Assembly: GCA_951406725.2 (NCBI GenBank)
Contig: OX597837.1
Location: 27,156,001 to 27,220,000 of the forward strand
Length of the DNA: 64,000 nt
Source: Octopus vulgaris
Lineage: Eukaryota
Reading direction: 5' to 3'
Shown here in pieces: positions 38,161 to 49,257 of the stretch. Positions within the stretch are counted from its first letter, which is position 1. The number at the start of each line of letters is the position of its first letter. The notes under the pieces are model-generated. The model worked only from the letters and a program-made list of their open reading frames with translations, was not told where the DNA came from and did not search any database. The position numbers and the translations under genes were made by a program.

Positions 38161-40154
38161 CCAAATATATACAAACATATTCTTTTATTCTTTTACTTGT
38201 TTCAGTCGTTTGACTGCAGCCATGCTGGAGCACCACCTTTGAAATCAACCTTAGGAGTTAATTTTTGAAGCCTAGGTTTATTCTATTGGTCTCTTTTGCT
38301 GAACTGCTAAGTTATAGGACATAAACACACCAACACCAGTTGTCAAGTATATACATATAAATATATATGATGGGCTTCTTTCAGTTTCTGTCTACCAAAT
38401 CCACTCACAAGGCTTTCACCAGCGCAAGGCTATAAAAGACACTTGCCCAAGGTGCCACGCAGTGGGACTGAACCCTGGAACCATGTGGTTAAGAAACAAG
38501 CTTCTTATTTCTTTACTGCCACAAGGGGCTACACACTGAGGGGACAAACAAAGACAGACAAACGGATTAAGTCGATTATATCGACCCCAGTGCATAACTG
38601 GTGCTTATCTAATCGACGCCGAAAGGATGAAAGGCAAAGTCGACCTCGGCGGAATTTGGACTCAGAACATAGCGGCAGATGAAATACCGATGAGCATTTT
38701 GCCCGGTGTGCTAACATTTCTGCCAGCTCGCCCAATAAAGGTTGAAAATCGATTTAGGATGTTCATAATTTTCTTTTAATCTACAGAGAAGTTGAAGGTG
38801 TTTGTATGTCTACTACATTGGTTTATATGCAGCTATACACACATATACGTACAGATTTCTTTATTAGGCCACGCAGGGCCAAACACAGAGGAGACAATAC
38901 AATGTAGAAATTGTCTTTTCAAAACCGATAAATAGGGATCAAACACCTATACACATATCTACTTATAGACATTGTGTGTATATATCATCAACATCATCAT
39001 CGTTTTACGTCCACTTTCCATGCTGGCATGGGTTGGACGGTTTGACTGAGGACTGGTGAGCCAGAGGCTGCACCAGGCTCAATCTGATCTGACAGTTTCT
39101 ACAGGTGGATGCCCTTCCTAACGCCAACCACTCTGAGAGTGTAGTGGATGCTTTTATGTAACACTGGCATGGGGGCCAGTCAGGCAGTTCTAGCAATGAC
39201 CACGCTCAAGAGGTATTTTTACGTGGATCCAGCATGAGAGCCAGTTCGGCGCCACTGGCAATGACCATGCTCGAATGTTGTTTTTGGCTACGATCACCCT
39301 CGAATAGCTAAGTAAAATCACTGTCTTTCATACATACAGGTTTGTCCTTTACAGAGTTCAGCACCTCAAGCCAATTTGTCAATGCATGCCACAGCAAGCA
39401 GCGCCAACTTCAACTTTCAGAAGTTGCTCCCGTAAGTTTTCCCTGCTTGGGATAAACTCTCTGTTCTGCATAGTTTCTGCCAACACAATGCCCTCATCAC
39501 CAAACAGGAAGACAAGATCTTAAGCTGTGGACATTTCAAAACAAGAAGAAAAAGAAACTCCATAATATTTAAATAGCACTCAAATTCCACCAAGAAATAC
39601 CAGACAAACCACCAACACCCAGATATATCTCAATATGCCACAACATCTTAATTTGAGATGGCTATGATGTCCTAAAATAGGGCTTAAAAGACTACCTCAG
39701 GTGATGCTGTAAAGCCAATAATGGTCTGGGTCAATAATAGCCAAAACATAATTGGCCCGGGGTGCTGAACTCTGTAAAGTTTTATAAATATATATATATA
39801 GTTAATATGTGTGTATGCATATATGTATGTATATACGTACACACATCGAATGGTTACAATGCAAGTATATGTGTGTGCATATCATCCTCATCATATAATG
39901 TCCACATTCCATGCTAGCATGGGTTGGAGGATTTGACTGAGGTCTGGCGAACCAGATGGCTGCACCAGATTCTAATCTGATCTGGCAGAGTTTCTACAGC
40001 TGGATGCCCTTCCTAAAGCCAACCACTCCGAGAGTGTAGTGGGTGCTTTTACACGCCACCGGCACAAGGGCCAGTCAGGCGGTACTGGCAATGGCCATGC
40101 TCAAATGGTGCATTTTTTGTGCAACCTGCACAGGAGACAGTCAAGCAGCACTGG

Positions 40155-40190
<36 letters not shown>

Positions 40191-40193
<3 letters not shown>

Positions 40194-40546
40194 ATAATTA
40201 TAATTAGTGTTCAGCTAATTGCTTCACAGCATACCGAATTTAGAAATAGGAGTTAAAAGTCCTTTTCTACTGCTATAAGAATCTCCATGACAGTAACCTA
40301 CTTTTTTACGTAGGCAAAGAGAAAAACAATGAATCAACACTACCAGGATTAACTACATACGCGTTTCGAGATTAAAGTGTTTAAAAATTTACTTCTCTCT
40401 TCAGTGTAGTTTTTCTCTTTGCCTTCATAAAAAAGTATGTTACCATCATAGAGATTCTTACAGTAGTAGAAAATGAATTTTTAACTCCTATTTCTAAATT
40501 CGGTATGTGGTGAAGCAATTAGCTGAACCCTAATTATAATTACGTT
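40191..40546. repeat. Long inverted repeat (~137-bp arms at 40191-40327 and 40409-40546), probable Penelope-like pseudo-LTR remnant
   Basis: The arms are reverse complements with scattered mismatches (e.g. CATACCGAATTTAGAAATAGGAGTTAAAA / TTTTAACTCCTATTTCTAAATTCGGTATG). The loop contains a hammerhead. Confidence 0.9.
40351..40411 (-). ncRNA. Minimal type I hammerhead ribozyme (Penelope-like element type)
   Basis: Minus strand reads AACUACA-CUGAAGA-GAGA-(22 nt)-UCUC-GAAA-CGCG-UA/UGUAGUU. This gives a 7-bp stem I, intact CUGAnGA and GAAA cores, a 4-bp stem II, a palindromic ACGCGU stem III and a GUA cleavage triplet. Confidence 0.8.
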
Positions 40547-40779
40547 TATAATTATAAAATATTTGTATAATTTTACCTATAAAGGTTATTTTAACGTACC
40601 GATCTACTTGCTAAAATTACTAATTAATTGAATGATTAATTAATTAATTTAATTTGATAAATTTTACCCTTTTATTATTAATTTAAAATTATATATATAT
40701 ATATATATATATTAGTTAATATGTGTGTATACATATATGTATGTATATAGGTACACACATCAAATGATAACAATGCATG

Positions 40780-40822
<43 letters not shown>

Positions 40823-40856
40823 CAAAAATACAGATAGAGAAAAATCACGTCTTTAA

Positions 40857-41075
40857 CCCTTTAGTATTTAAACCGGCCATAACCGGCCAAAATATTTAAT
40901 CTGTTTTATGTTCAAACTGACCAGATCCAGGCTCTCACACCTACCCTACAATGTTATTCTACATGAAGTAATTACACCATCAACATCTTGAAGATATGAG
41001 ATAATGCATGATTAATTCAAATCAATGTGAATCAATAAGCATTATGTTTGATAGAATAATCTGAACACTAAAGGG
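40857..41075. mobile_element. piggyBac-type MITE family P1
   Basis: TTAA TSD and TIRs; near-identical to 13164-13379. Confidence 0.9.
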
Positions 41076-41509
41076 TTAATTATTGAATTCACCATACAAA
41101 GCCGATGATCATTTCTGTTGTATCAACATATTTCAATACAGAAAATATCATTCAAATTAATATATCTGAAAATACATAATTAACACATTTTCAAAGTAAT
41201 CCAAAATTACTTAAAATTCAAAGTGAACTAAGAAAATATCAAAGATATGAATTTCTTCATCCATATATTTTTTTGTCTAATGCTCTGAATTTCTTGAAAT
41301 TCTTCCAAATGATATTTGGATCTACTTATCATATATTCGGAATTACCTCAGATGTGTATTCTCCTTGCATTTATTGGTGTCTGATGGTTTGATAGAGTTA
41401 ATCAAATTCATTTAAAACTGAGTACTTTATTGATTTCTACCTGGATTTTTTAAATCATTTTCCCCCCTTCTTTTACAAACACACACGCGCGCACACACAT
41501 ATATGTGAC

Positions 41510-42022
41510 TGGCCCTTGTGCCGGTGGCATGTAAAAGCACCCACTACACTCTCAGAGTAGCTGGCATTAGGAAGGACATCCAGCTGTAGAAACTCTGCCA
41601 GATCAAGATTGGAGCCTGGTGCAGCCACCTGGTTCACCAGACCTCAGTCAAATCGGCCAACCCATGCTGGCATGGAAAGCGGACATGAAACGATGATGAT
41701 GATGATTATATATATATATATATATACGTGCCACCTGCACGGAAGCCAGTGCCGCCTCGACTGGCTTCCGTGCAGGTGGCACGTAAAATGCACCAATCCG
41801 ACCGTGGCCGATGCCAGCCTCGCCTGGCACCAGTGCAGGTGGCACGTAAAAAGCACCCACTACACTCACGGAGTGGTTGGCGTTAGGAAGGGCATCCAGC
41901 TGTAGAAATATTGCCAGATAAGACCGGAGCCTGGTGCAGCCTTCTGGCTTCCCAGATCCCCGGTCGAACCGTCCAACCCATGCTAGCATGGAAAGCGGAC
42001 GTGAAACGATGATGATGATGAT
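41510..42022 (+). mobile_element. Two tandem RTE LINE 3' ends
   Basis: Each ends in GAAACGATGATGATG followed by (TA)n. The second closely matches 52420-52755. Confidence 0.85.
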
Positions 42023-42630
42023 TATATATATATACATATATATATATTATTACTATAGGTAGCAGTAAGAAATGTGTACCAAAAAGGAAAACTATAACCG
42101 TCATTATAAATGACTGAGGGTGTTAGAAGCACCAATATTGCTAGAAATTGGAGCTGAACACTACCGCAGTCAAAGCACATAACTGTGCACATATGTGCTG
42201 ACAGGAACCGTAATCACCTGAAAAGCAGTGATATCTATTATACATTAGTGTTTGTATGTAATAATTTAAGTCTGTGACAAAGACTTGGTCTTGGGTATAA
42301 CTTCAGATTTCACTGGGTTTCAAACAAAATGATTAAAAGAACAAGTTTTGAAAATCCCTTTCAAATTATTCACATCCCCAAATAATACTGTATCTAGCAG
42401 GGTATGTTTTCGCATATATATCGTCTTGCACACATATCCAAATTACCCTGTAGTGCACATGGGGCTTGTTTCCCTTAACAGGTCCTCATACATCTTATTT
42501 ACTTCCTTCTACCCAGTTGGATTATCTTCAGAGTGTAGTGACAGAAGATAAATAAAGAACTCCCACATAATATGCTAGAAAGTAGGTGGGGGTGTGTGTC
42601 TACATGGTAGATTTGTATATTAGGAGTATA

Positions 42631-42855
42631 TATTTCTTTACTACCCACAAGGGGCTAAACATAGAGGGGACAAACAAGGACAGACAAAGGGATTAAGTCG
42701 ATTACATCGACTCCAGTGCGTAACTGGTACTTAATTTATAGACCCCGAAAGGATGAAAGGCAAAGTCGACCTCGGCGGAATTTGAACCTAGAACACTTAA
42801 CAGCAGACGAAATACGGCTACACATTTTGCCTGGCGTGCTAACGTTTCTGCCAGC
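42631..42855 (-). mobile_element. SINE family B copy
   Basis: Reverse-complement match to family B. Confidence 0.85.
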
Positions 42856-42912
42856 ATTGGTTAAGTAGATCTTAGAGACAGCATTATTTATCTAATAAAG
42901 TCAGTATTTTAA

Positions 42913-43134
42913 CCCTTTAGCATTTAATACGGCCATATCCGGCCCAAATAATCCATCTGTTTTATGTTAAAACTGTCTGGATCCAACCTCTCACACCTAC
43001 CCTACAATGTCATTTTAGAAATATATAGCCACAACATTTAAATTTTGAAGCCGCAAAATAATATGTGATTAATTCAAAAACAGTATGAATAAATAAGCAA
43101 TAAAATTTCACAAAGAAATCTGAATGCTAAAGGG
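42913..43134. mobile_element. piggyBac-type MITE family P1
   Basis: TTAA TSD, CCCTTTAGCATT/AATGCTAAAGGG TIRs. Confidence 0.88.
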
Positions 43135-43594
43135 TTAAACCAAAACATTCATACATACATGTAAGTACATACACACACATAGCCACCAACAACAACAACA
43201 AAATCAAAAGCAAACATTATGAGTATGCTCTTTTATAAAACTATAATATTCTTTATCAATGGAGAAGAAAAACATAAGGCAAGGTAAACGAAAGAAAAAT
43301 ATGAAAAATATTTTCACCAGAAGAACAAATGAATGAAAGAATGAGGAACAGGTGATAAGTCGAGTGGTCTACTACCTTTTGGTTGATGGTGTGGTTTTCC
43401 ATCAAAATGGTACATGTTTCCATACAGGAATAAACAGCTTTAAACACATCCTTTTTTCGCTCAAGACAGTTCTCTTTGGAATTCCATGACATATCTCCAC
43501 TAATATCGCAATAGCTCGTTGAAGAATACATGGGTGAGGGTCAGAAGTGGACAAAGCCTTGTAATATCTCGGTTCCCTTGTTTGTTTATTTGTG

Positions 43595-43912
43595 TGAGTG
43601 GAGGCGGTAGTGTGTGGGTGTGTGGAGGCGGTAGTGTGCGAGTGCGGAGGCGGTAGCGTGCGTGTAGAAGCTTTAGTGTCTGTGGAGGCGGTAGTGTGTC
43701 TGTGGAGGCAGTAGCGTGCGTGTGTGGAGGTGGTAGTGTGCGTGTGTGTGAAGGCGGCAGTGTGTGTGTATGTGAAGGCGGCAATGTGTGTGTGTATGAA
43801 GGCGGTAGTGTGCGTGTCTGCGGAGGCGGTAGTGTGCGTGTCTGCAGAGGCGGTAGTGTGCGTGTCTGTGGAAGCGGTAGTGTGCGTGTGCGGAGGCTGT
43901 AGTGTGTGGGTG
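43595..43912. repeat. GC-rich minisatellite, ~20-24 bp unit TGTGGAGGCGGTAGTGTGCGTGT
   Basis: About 13 tandem copies seen directly. Confidence 0.9.
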
Positions 43913-44520
43913 GAAACCAGAGAAAAAGAGAGACAAAGAGACTGCGGTTTGTGTATGTGTGTCTGTGAATGTTTATGTTTTTCCTTCCACATGCACCTCT
44001 GTCGCTGACCAATTTGGTTCCAAATTACAACAGCAGCAATATTTACAATAGCAGTTCCTTTCCCCTGAAAGCCAGTATTACTTATACACAAACTGGCAGG
44101 CAAGAGCCACTTGTTAGACTGTCCAACGGCCTTCGATGTGATCGACTACTACTGAAAAATTATTGATCAACAGATGCAGCAGCACATATTGAATTAGCTG
44201 TGTGTCATCAGCACATCTTATGTAGTATGGAAAAATATCAGCAGGACTACTAGAGCAGCAGCAGCACCACCATCAGCATCACCAATATTTAGAAATGTGA
44301 AATGATGACAGTAGTAATACTGAAGCAATAATTAACTGGGGCAGAAGGAGGAACTTTGCTGTTCACTATGGACGTTAGTAAGAGAAAATAATTAAAAAAA
44401 AGGAAGAAAAAAGACTAATGAATGAAATAAAATATGTTAACACTTCTTTCGTTGTCAAATAAAATGGAACAAAAATATTTTTAAAAATTAATTCTTTTTT
44501 TAAAATTTTTTTATTTTTGG

Positions 44521-44790
44521 GCTCAAGGCCAGCAATTTTTAGAAGAGACCCCAGTGTTTAACTGGTACTTACTCTTTTAAATTTTTTTTTTGCTCAATGC
44601 CAGCTAATTTTAGAAGAGACCCCGAGTGTTTAACTGGTACTTACTCTTTTAAAATTATTTTTTTTTGCTCAAGGCCAGCAATTTTTAGAAGAGACCCCAG
44701 TGTTTAACTGGTACTTACTCTTTTAAAATTTTTTTTTTTGCTCAAGGCCAACAATTTTTAGAAGAGACCCCAGTGTTTAACTGGTACTTA
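44521..44790. repeat. 4x tandem ~72-bp unit derived from a SINE family B-like tail
   Basis: GCTCAAGGCCAGCAATTTTTAGAAGAGACCCCAGTGTTTAACTGGTACTTA repeated. Confidence 0.88.
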
Positions 44791-44835
44791 TTTTAAGAAT
44801 TTCTGGAAGGAAAAAACGGTAAAAGTCAACCATAG

Positions 44836-45748
44836 GTGCAGGAGTGGCTGTGTGGTAAGTAGCTTGCTAACCAACCACATGGTTCTGGATTCAGTCCCAC
44901 TGCGTGGCACCATGGGCAAGTGTCTTCTGCTATAGCCCCGGGCCGACCAATGCCTTGTGAGTGGATTTGGTAGACGGAAACTGAAAAAAGCCTGTCGCAT
45001 ATATGTATGTGTGTGTTTGTGTGTTTGTGTTTGTCCCCCTAGCGTTGCTTGACAACCGATGCTGGTGTGTTTACGTCCCCGTCACTTAGTGGTTTGGCAA
45101 AAGAGAATGGCAGAATTTGAACTCAGAATGTAAAGATGGACAAAATTCCACAAAGCATTTTGCCTGGCATGCTAACGATGCAACCAGCTCACTGTCTTAA
45201 CCCTTCCGTTACCATATTTATTTTGAGATGCTCTGTGTTTCTTTCAATTAATTTTGAATATAACAAAGAATTTGGTAAAAATGACTCAGTTGTTATCAAG
45301 CTGGTGTTAGGAACATAAATTGTGACTAAGGTTTTCTCTTTTCTTTGACTCTTTTACTCGTTTCAGTCATTTGACTGTGGCCATGCTGGAGCACCGTCTT
45401 TAGTCGAGCACATCGACCCCAGGACTTATTCTTTGTAAGCCTAGTACTTATTCTATCGGACTCTTTTGCCGAACCGCTAAGTTACGGGGACGCAAACACA
45501 CCAGCATCAGTTGTCAAGCAATGCTAGGGGGACAAAGACAGACACACAAACACACACATACATATATACATATACATATATACGACAGGCTTCTTTCAGT
45601 TTCCGTCTACCAAATCCACACACAAGGCTTTGGTCAGCCTGAGGCTATAGTAGAAGACACTTTCCCAAGGTGCCACGCAGTGGGACTGAACCCGGAACCA
45701 TGTGGTTGGTAAGCAAGCTACTTACCACACAGCCACTCCTGCGCCTAT
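44836..45748. mobile_element. Inverted pair of SINE family A copies (+44836-45107, -45345-45748); the second is nested in a P2 MITE (45201-45843)
   Basis: Family A matches on opposite strands; the P2 halves rejoin at TAAGG/TAGGTTTGGTGGAAG. Confidence 0.85.
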
Positions 45749-45919
45749 AGGTTTGGTGGAAGATTTTAACTCAAAACTTACGAAAACAAAGCATTTGTAC
45801 TACAGAGCTGGAGATGATTTCAGCCGAGTTGGTATTGAAAGGGTTAATAATACTCCTTTCTCCAATAGGCACAAAGCTTGAATTCTGGAGGAAGGGGACT
45901 CGTGCTCAATTTCAATAAT

Positions 45920-46270
45920 ATAATTGAAAATTGTATTTGTGATGCAAGTGCCGGTGGCACGTACGAGAACCATCCGAACGTGGCCGATGCCAGCGCAGCC
46001 CCGACTGGCTTCCGTGCCGGTGGCACGTAAAAAGCACCATCCAATCGTGGCTGTTTGCCAGCCTCGTCTGGCACCTGTGCCGGTGGCATGTAAAAAGCAC
46101 CCACAACACTCACGGAGTGGTTGGCGTTAGGAAGAGCATCCAGCCGTAGAAACATTGCCAGATCAGACTGGGTCTGGTGCAGCCGTCTGGCTTCCCAGAC
46201 CCCAGTTGAACCGTCCAACCCATGCTAACATGGAAAGCGGACGCTAAACGACGATGATGATGATGATGAT
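45920..46270 (+). mobile_element. RTE LINE 3' end
   Basis: 3' UTR repeats and (GAT)n tail. Confidence 0.85.
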
Positions 46271-46418
46271 ATAGAAAGGTTTTGGTATTTGGTTTTTTGT
46301 GATAAAAAGGCAATAACAAAAAAAAAAATATTGTGGAAAATTCAGAACTCTTATGTCATGTACAGACATACAAATATTTAGGAAACAATGAATTAGGCAG
46401 AGTACAAAGCTATACGAT

Positions 46419-48790
46419 TGTGATTCTCAATCAGGGTCCATAGGATTTTGCTGTTAAAATTTATGTACAATAAATTGGTTATATTTCTACAATACAAATA
46501 TTTTAAAACTTTTTTTTAAAATACAATTCCTTATAATATTTCATAATAAAAATACAATAAGATTCTTTTTTAAACATTGAATAGGCATAGGAGTGGCTGT
46601 GGTAAGTAGCTTGCTTACGAAGGACATGGTTCCGGGTTCAGTCCCACTGTGTGGCAACTTGAGCAAGTGTCTTCTACTATAGCCTCGGGTCGGCCAAAGC
46701 CTTGTTAGTGGATTTAGTAGAGGGAAACTGAAAGACGCCTGTCGTATATATGTCTATGTGTTTGTGTGTGAGTGTGTTTGCGTGTCTGTGTTTGTCCCCT
46801 CAACATCGCTTGACAACTGATGCTGGTGTGTTTACATCCCCGTAACTTAGCGTTTCAACAAAAGAGACCGATAGAATAAGCACCAGGCTTACAAAGAATA
46901 AGTCCCAGGGTCGATTTGCTCGACTAAAGGCAGTGCTCCAGCATGGCCACAGTCAAACGACTGAAACAGGAGTAAAAGAGAGTAGCTATGGGGGTCCACC
47001 AAAGTAAAATAAAAATAAAAACGGGGTCCCTTAGATAACAAAAAATGGTTGAAAAGCACTGCTGTATAGGTTAAACAAATGAATATTTACCAAACAGGAA
47101 TTTTTAAAAAAACAAAAAAAGCTATGTCACAGCCTCAACCCTTTTGTTAACATATTTCTGCTAAAATGCAGTGCTTTTGTTTCAATTAATTTAGAAAATA
47201 AAGAATTTAGTGAAGCAACTTTGTCGCTAAGCTAGTGTTTAGAATATAAACCAACAGGAAATTTTGATGGCAGGTTTTAATATAGAACAGTAGTTTACAA
47301 CCATTTTTTTTCTATGGACCCACACCCCTTTGATTCTAGTTTCCCTTGGATGGATTCTCATAACCATTTGATGTTTTAAAAATTCCTATTGTATTTTTAT
47401 AATTAAATATCATTAGGAATTGTATAAAGAAAAATTGTTAAAATATTTTGCACATAAATTTTAACAACACAATCCTATATGGACCACCCCCACCTCACTG
47501 TCCCCAGGCCAAATAGACCCTGGTTGAGAACCACTGATTTAGATTAACTCAACAAGTTTGTATCATAGAACCAAGGGTGAATTCAGGTGGGTTGGTATCA
47601 AAAGGGTTAAACAGCTACTATGGAAACAGGCACCTATATGTCTGTGGCTTTCAATTGGCTAAAATTACCCAAGATTTGCGAACTTTATAAGCTATCAACT
47701 ATTGATTTATGGTAAAAATGAATTCCGTGTCAATGATTACCTTTCAAAACTACACCAATACGCTAAATATGAAATCAATTGAAATAAAAATTGAATAAAT
47801 TGGAAAGTGGCAGTCAAACAGAAAAGATCCCAAATCTATCCAAAAATTGTCAATGAAGAAGCCTTTACATGGTTGCTTAATTTGCTAGAAATAATAGCAA
47901 AATCTCCATCTAATCACACCAACTATCTAAAAAGAAACAAGATATTCAATAATCTGATTCTACATCAGTGGTTCTCAATCATCTTTTGCCCATGGACTCC
48001 TTTGATTCCTATTTTTCTCTAGTGGACCCTCATAGCTATTCACTATATCATCATCGTCATCATTTAACGTCCGCTTTCTATGCTAGCATGGGTCGGACAA
48101 TTTGACTGAGGACTGGCGAACCAGATGGCCACACCAGGCTCCAATCTTGATTTGGCAGAATTTCTACAGCTGGATGCCCTTCCTAATGCCAACCACTCCG
48201 AGAGTGTGTGTATGTATGTATTGGTATGTATTGCAAGAAACAGCAAGGTTTCTTTCTCTAACATTTTACATAATTCAACCTACACAGGTTTTTAGACATG
48301 GAATGGCTATGGGGGTCCACCAGAATAAAATAGTAATCAAAGGGGTCCAAAGATAAAAAAATGGTTGAGAACCCCCTTCTTTAGATGTATGTATTGGTAT
48401 GTATTGCAAGAAACAAATTGGTTTCTTTCTCTAACATCTTACAGAGTTCAACCTACACAAGTTAATGTGTGAAAAATTAAAATAGGAATTTTGAAAGAAG
48501 CTTCTATAAAACAAGCATTTGAACACTGAATGGCTATGGGGGTCCACCAAAATGAAACAGTAATCAAAAGGGTCCATTATCATCATCATCCTCAGTTAAC
48601 ATCTGTTTTCCATGCTGGCATGGGTTGGACGGTTTGACAATATAGCTGTCCAGACTACAATTGTCTGTTGTGGCACAACTTCTACAGTTGGATGCCCTTC
48701 CTAAGGCCAAACACTTAAGTGTGTTGAGGGCTCTTTACATGCCACTGGCACAGGGTCCATAATTATAAAACGATTGAGAACCCCTATTCT
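46419..48790. mobile_element. Cluster of hAT-like MITE pieces (CAGTGGTTCTCAA / TTGAGAACCACTG ends) with nested SINE A (46584-46985), P2 MITE and RTE tails
   Basis: TIR-like CAGTGGTTCTCAA (~47965) and TTGAGAACCACTG (~47524), with recurring GAATGGCTATGGGGGTCCACC. TSDs not resolved. Confidence 0.55.
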
Positions 48791-48977
48791 AGATGTACAT
48801 GTGACTAAAAGAAGGAAGGGTTACGGCTGAATCAGGTCTGGCTTGGAACTAAAAAAACCAGCAGTCGATGAAAACAAGTAAAATAAAATAAAATCACAAA
48901 ATGAACATAATTAGCCACGCAGCCACACACAACACAAACAAACCATCACACACACAAGCAAAGAGCCTACTACAAAC

Positions 48978-49043
48978 CTTGAATGATGAAGTGTCTAAGC
49001 TGTGAATACTGATGCTGTCATCATCTTTTTTCCTCTTCCGTTT
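48978..49043 (-). CDS. NET1: NET1/ARHGEF3-like RhoGEF exon with NLS (KRKRKKDDDSISIHSLDTSSFK)
   Basis: ttttcag acceptor, gtttgt donor, 66 nt, phase 0/0. Recognisably matches vertebrate NET1 KRKRREKDDDVVSLSSLDLK. Confidence 0.9.
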
Positions 49044-49133
49044 CTGAAAATATAAATAAAAACAATTATTACTTTTTTAAAATCACCTGAAGCTTTGTTC
49101 TTTAAATACAGTTTCACATCAGTACTTTTATTA

Positions 49134-49257
49134 TTGGGTTGTCCGGAAAGTTTGTGCCAATTTATAGTAGCTTACCTTTCGACTTATTTCAGAACATGGT
49201 TGAGTCCATAAAATAGGATTTGACTACACCTCCATTTAGAGCACAGTTTAAGCTACT
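49134..49257 (+). mobile_element. 5' terminal fragment of the same mariner family as 10058-11061
   Basis: TATTGGGTTGTCCGGAAAGTT TIR followed by the reverse complement of 10505-10595. Confidence 0.85.
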
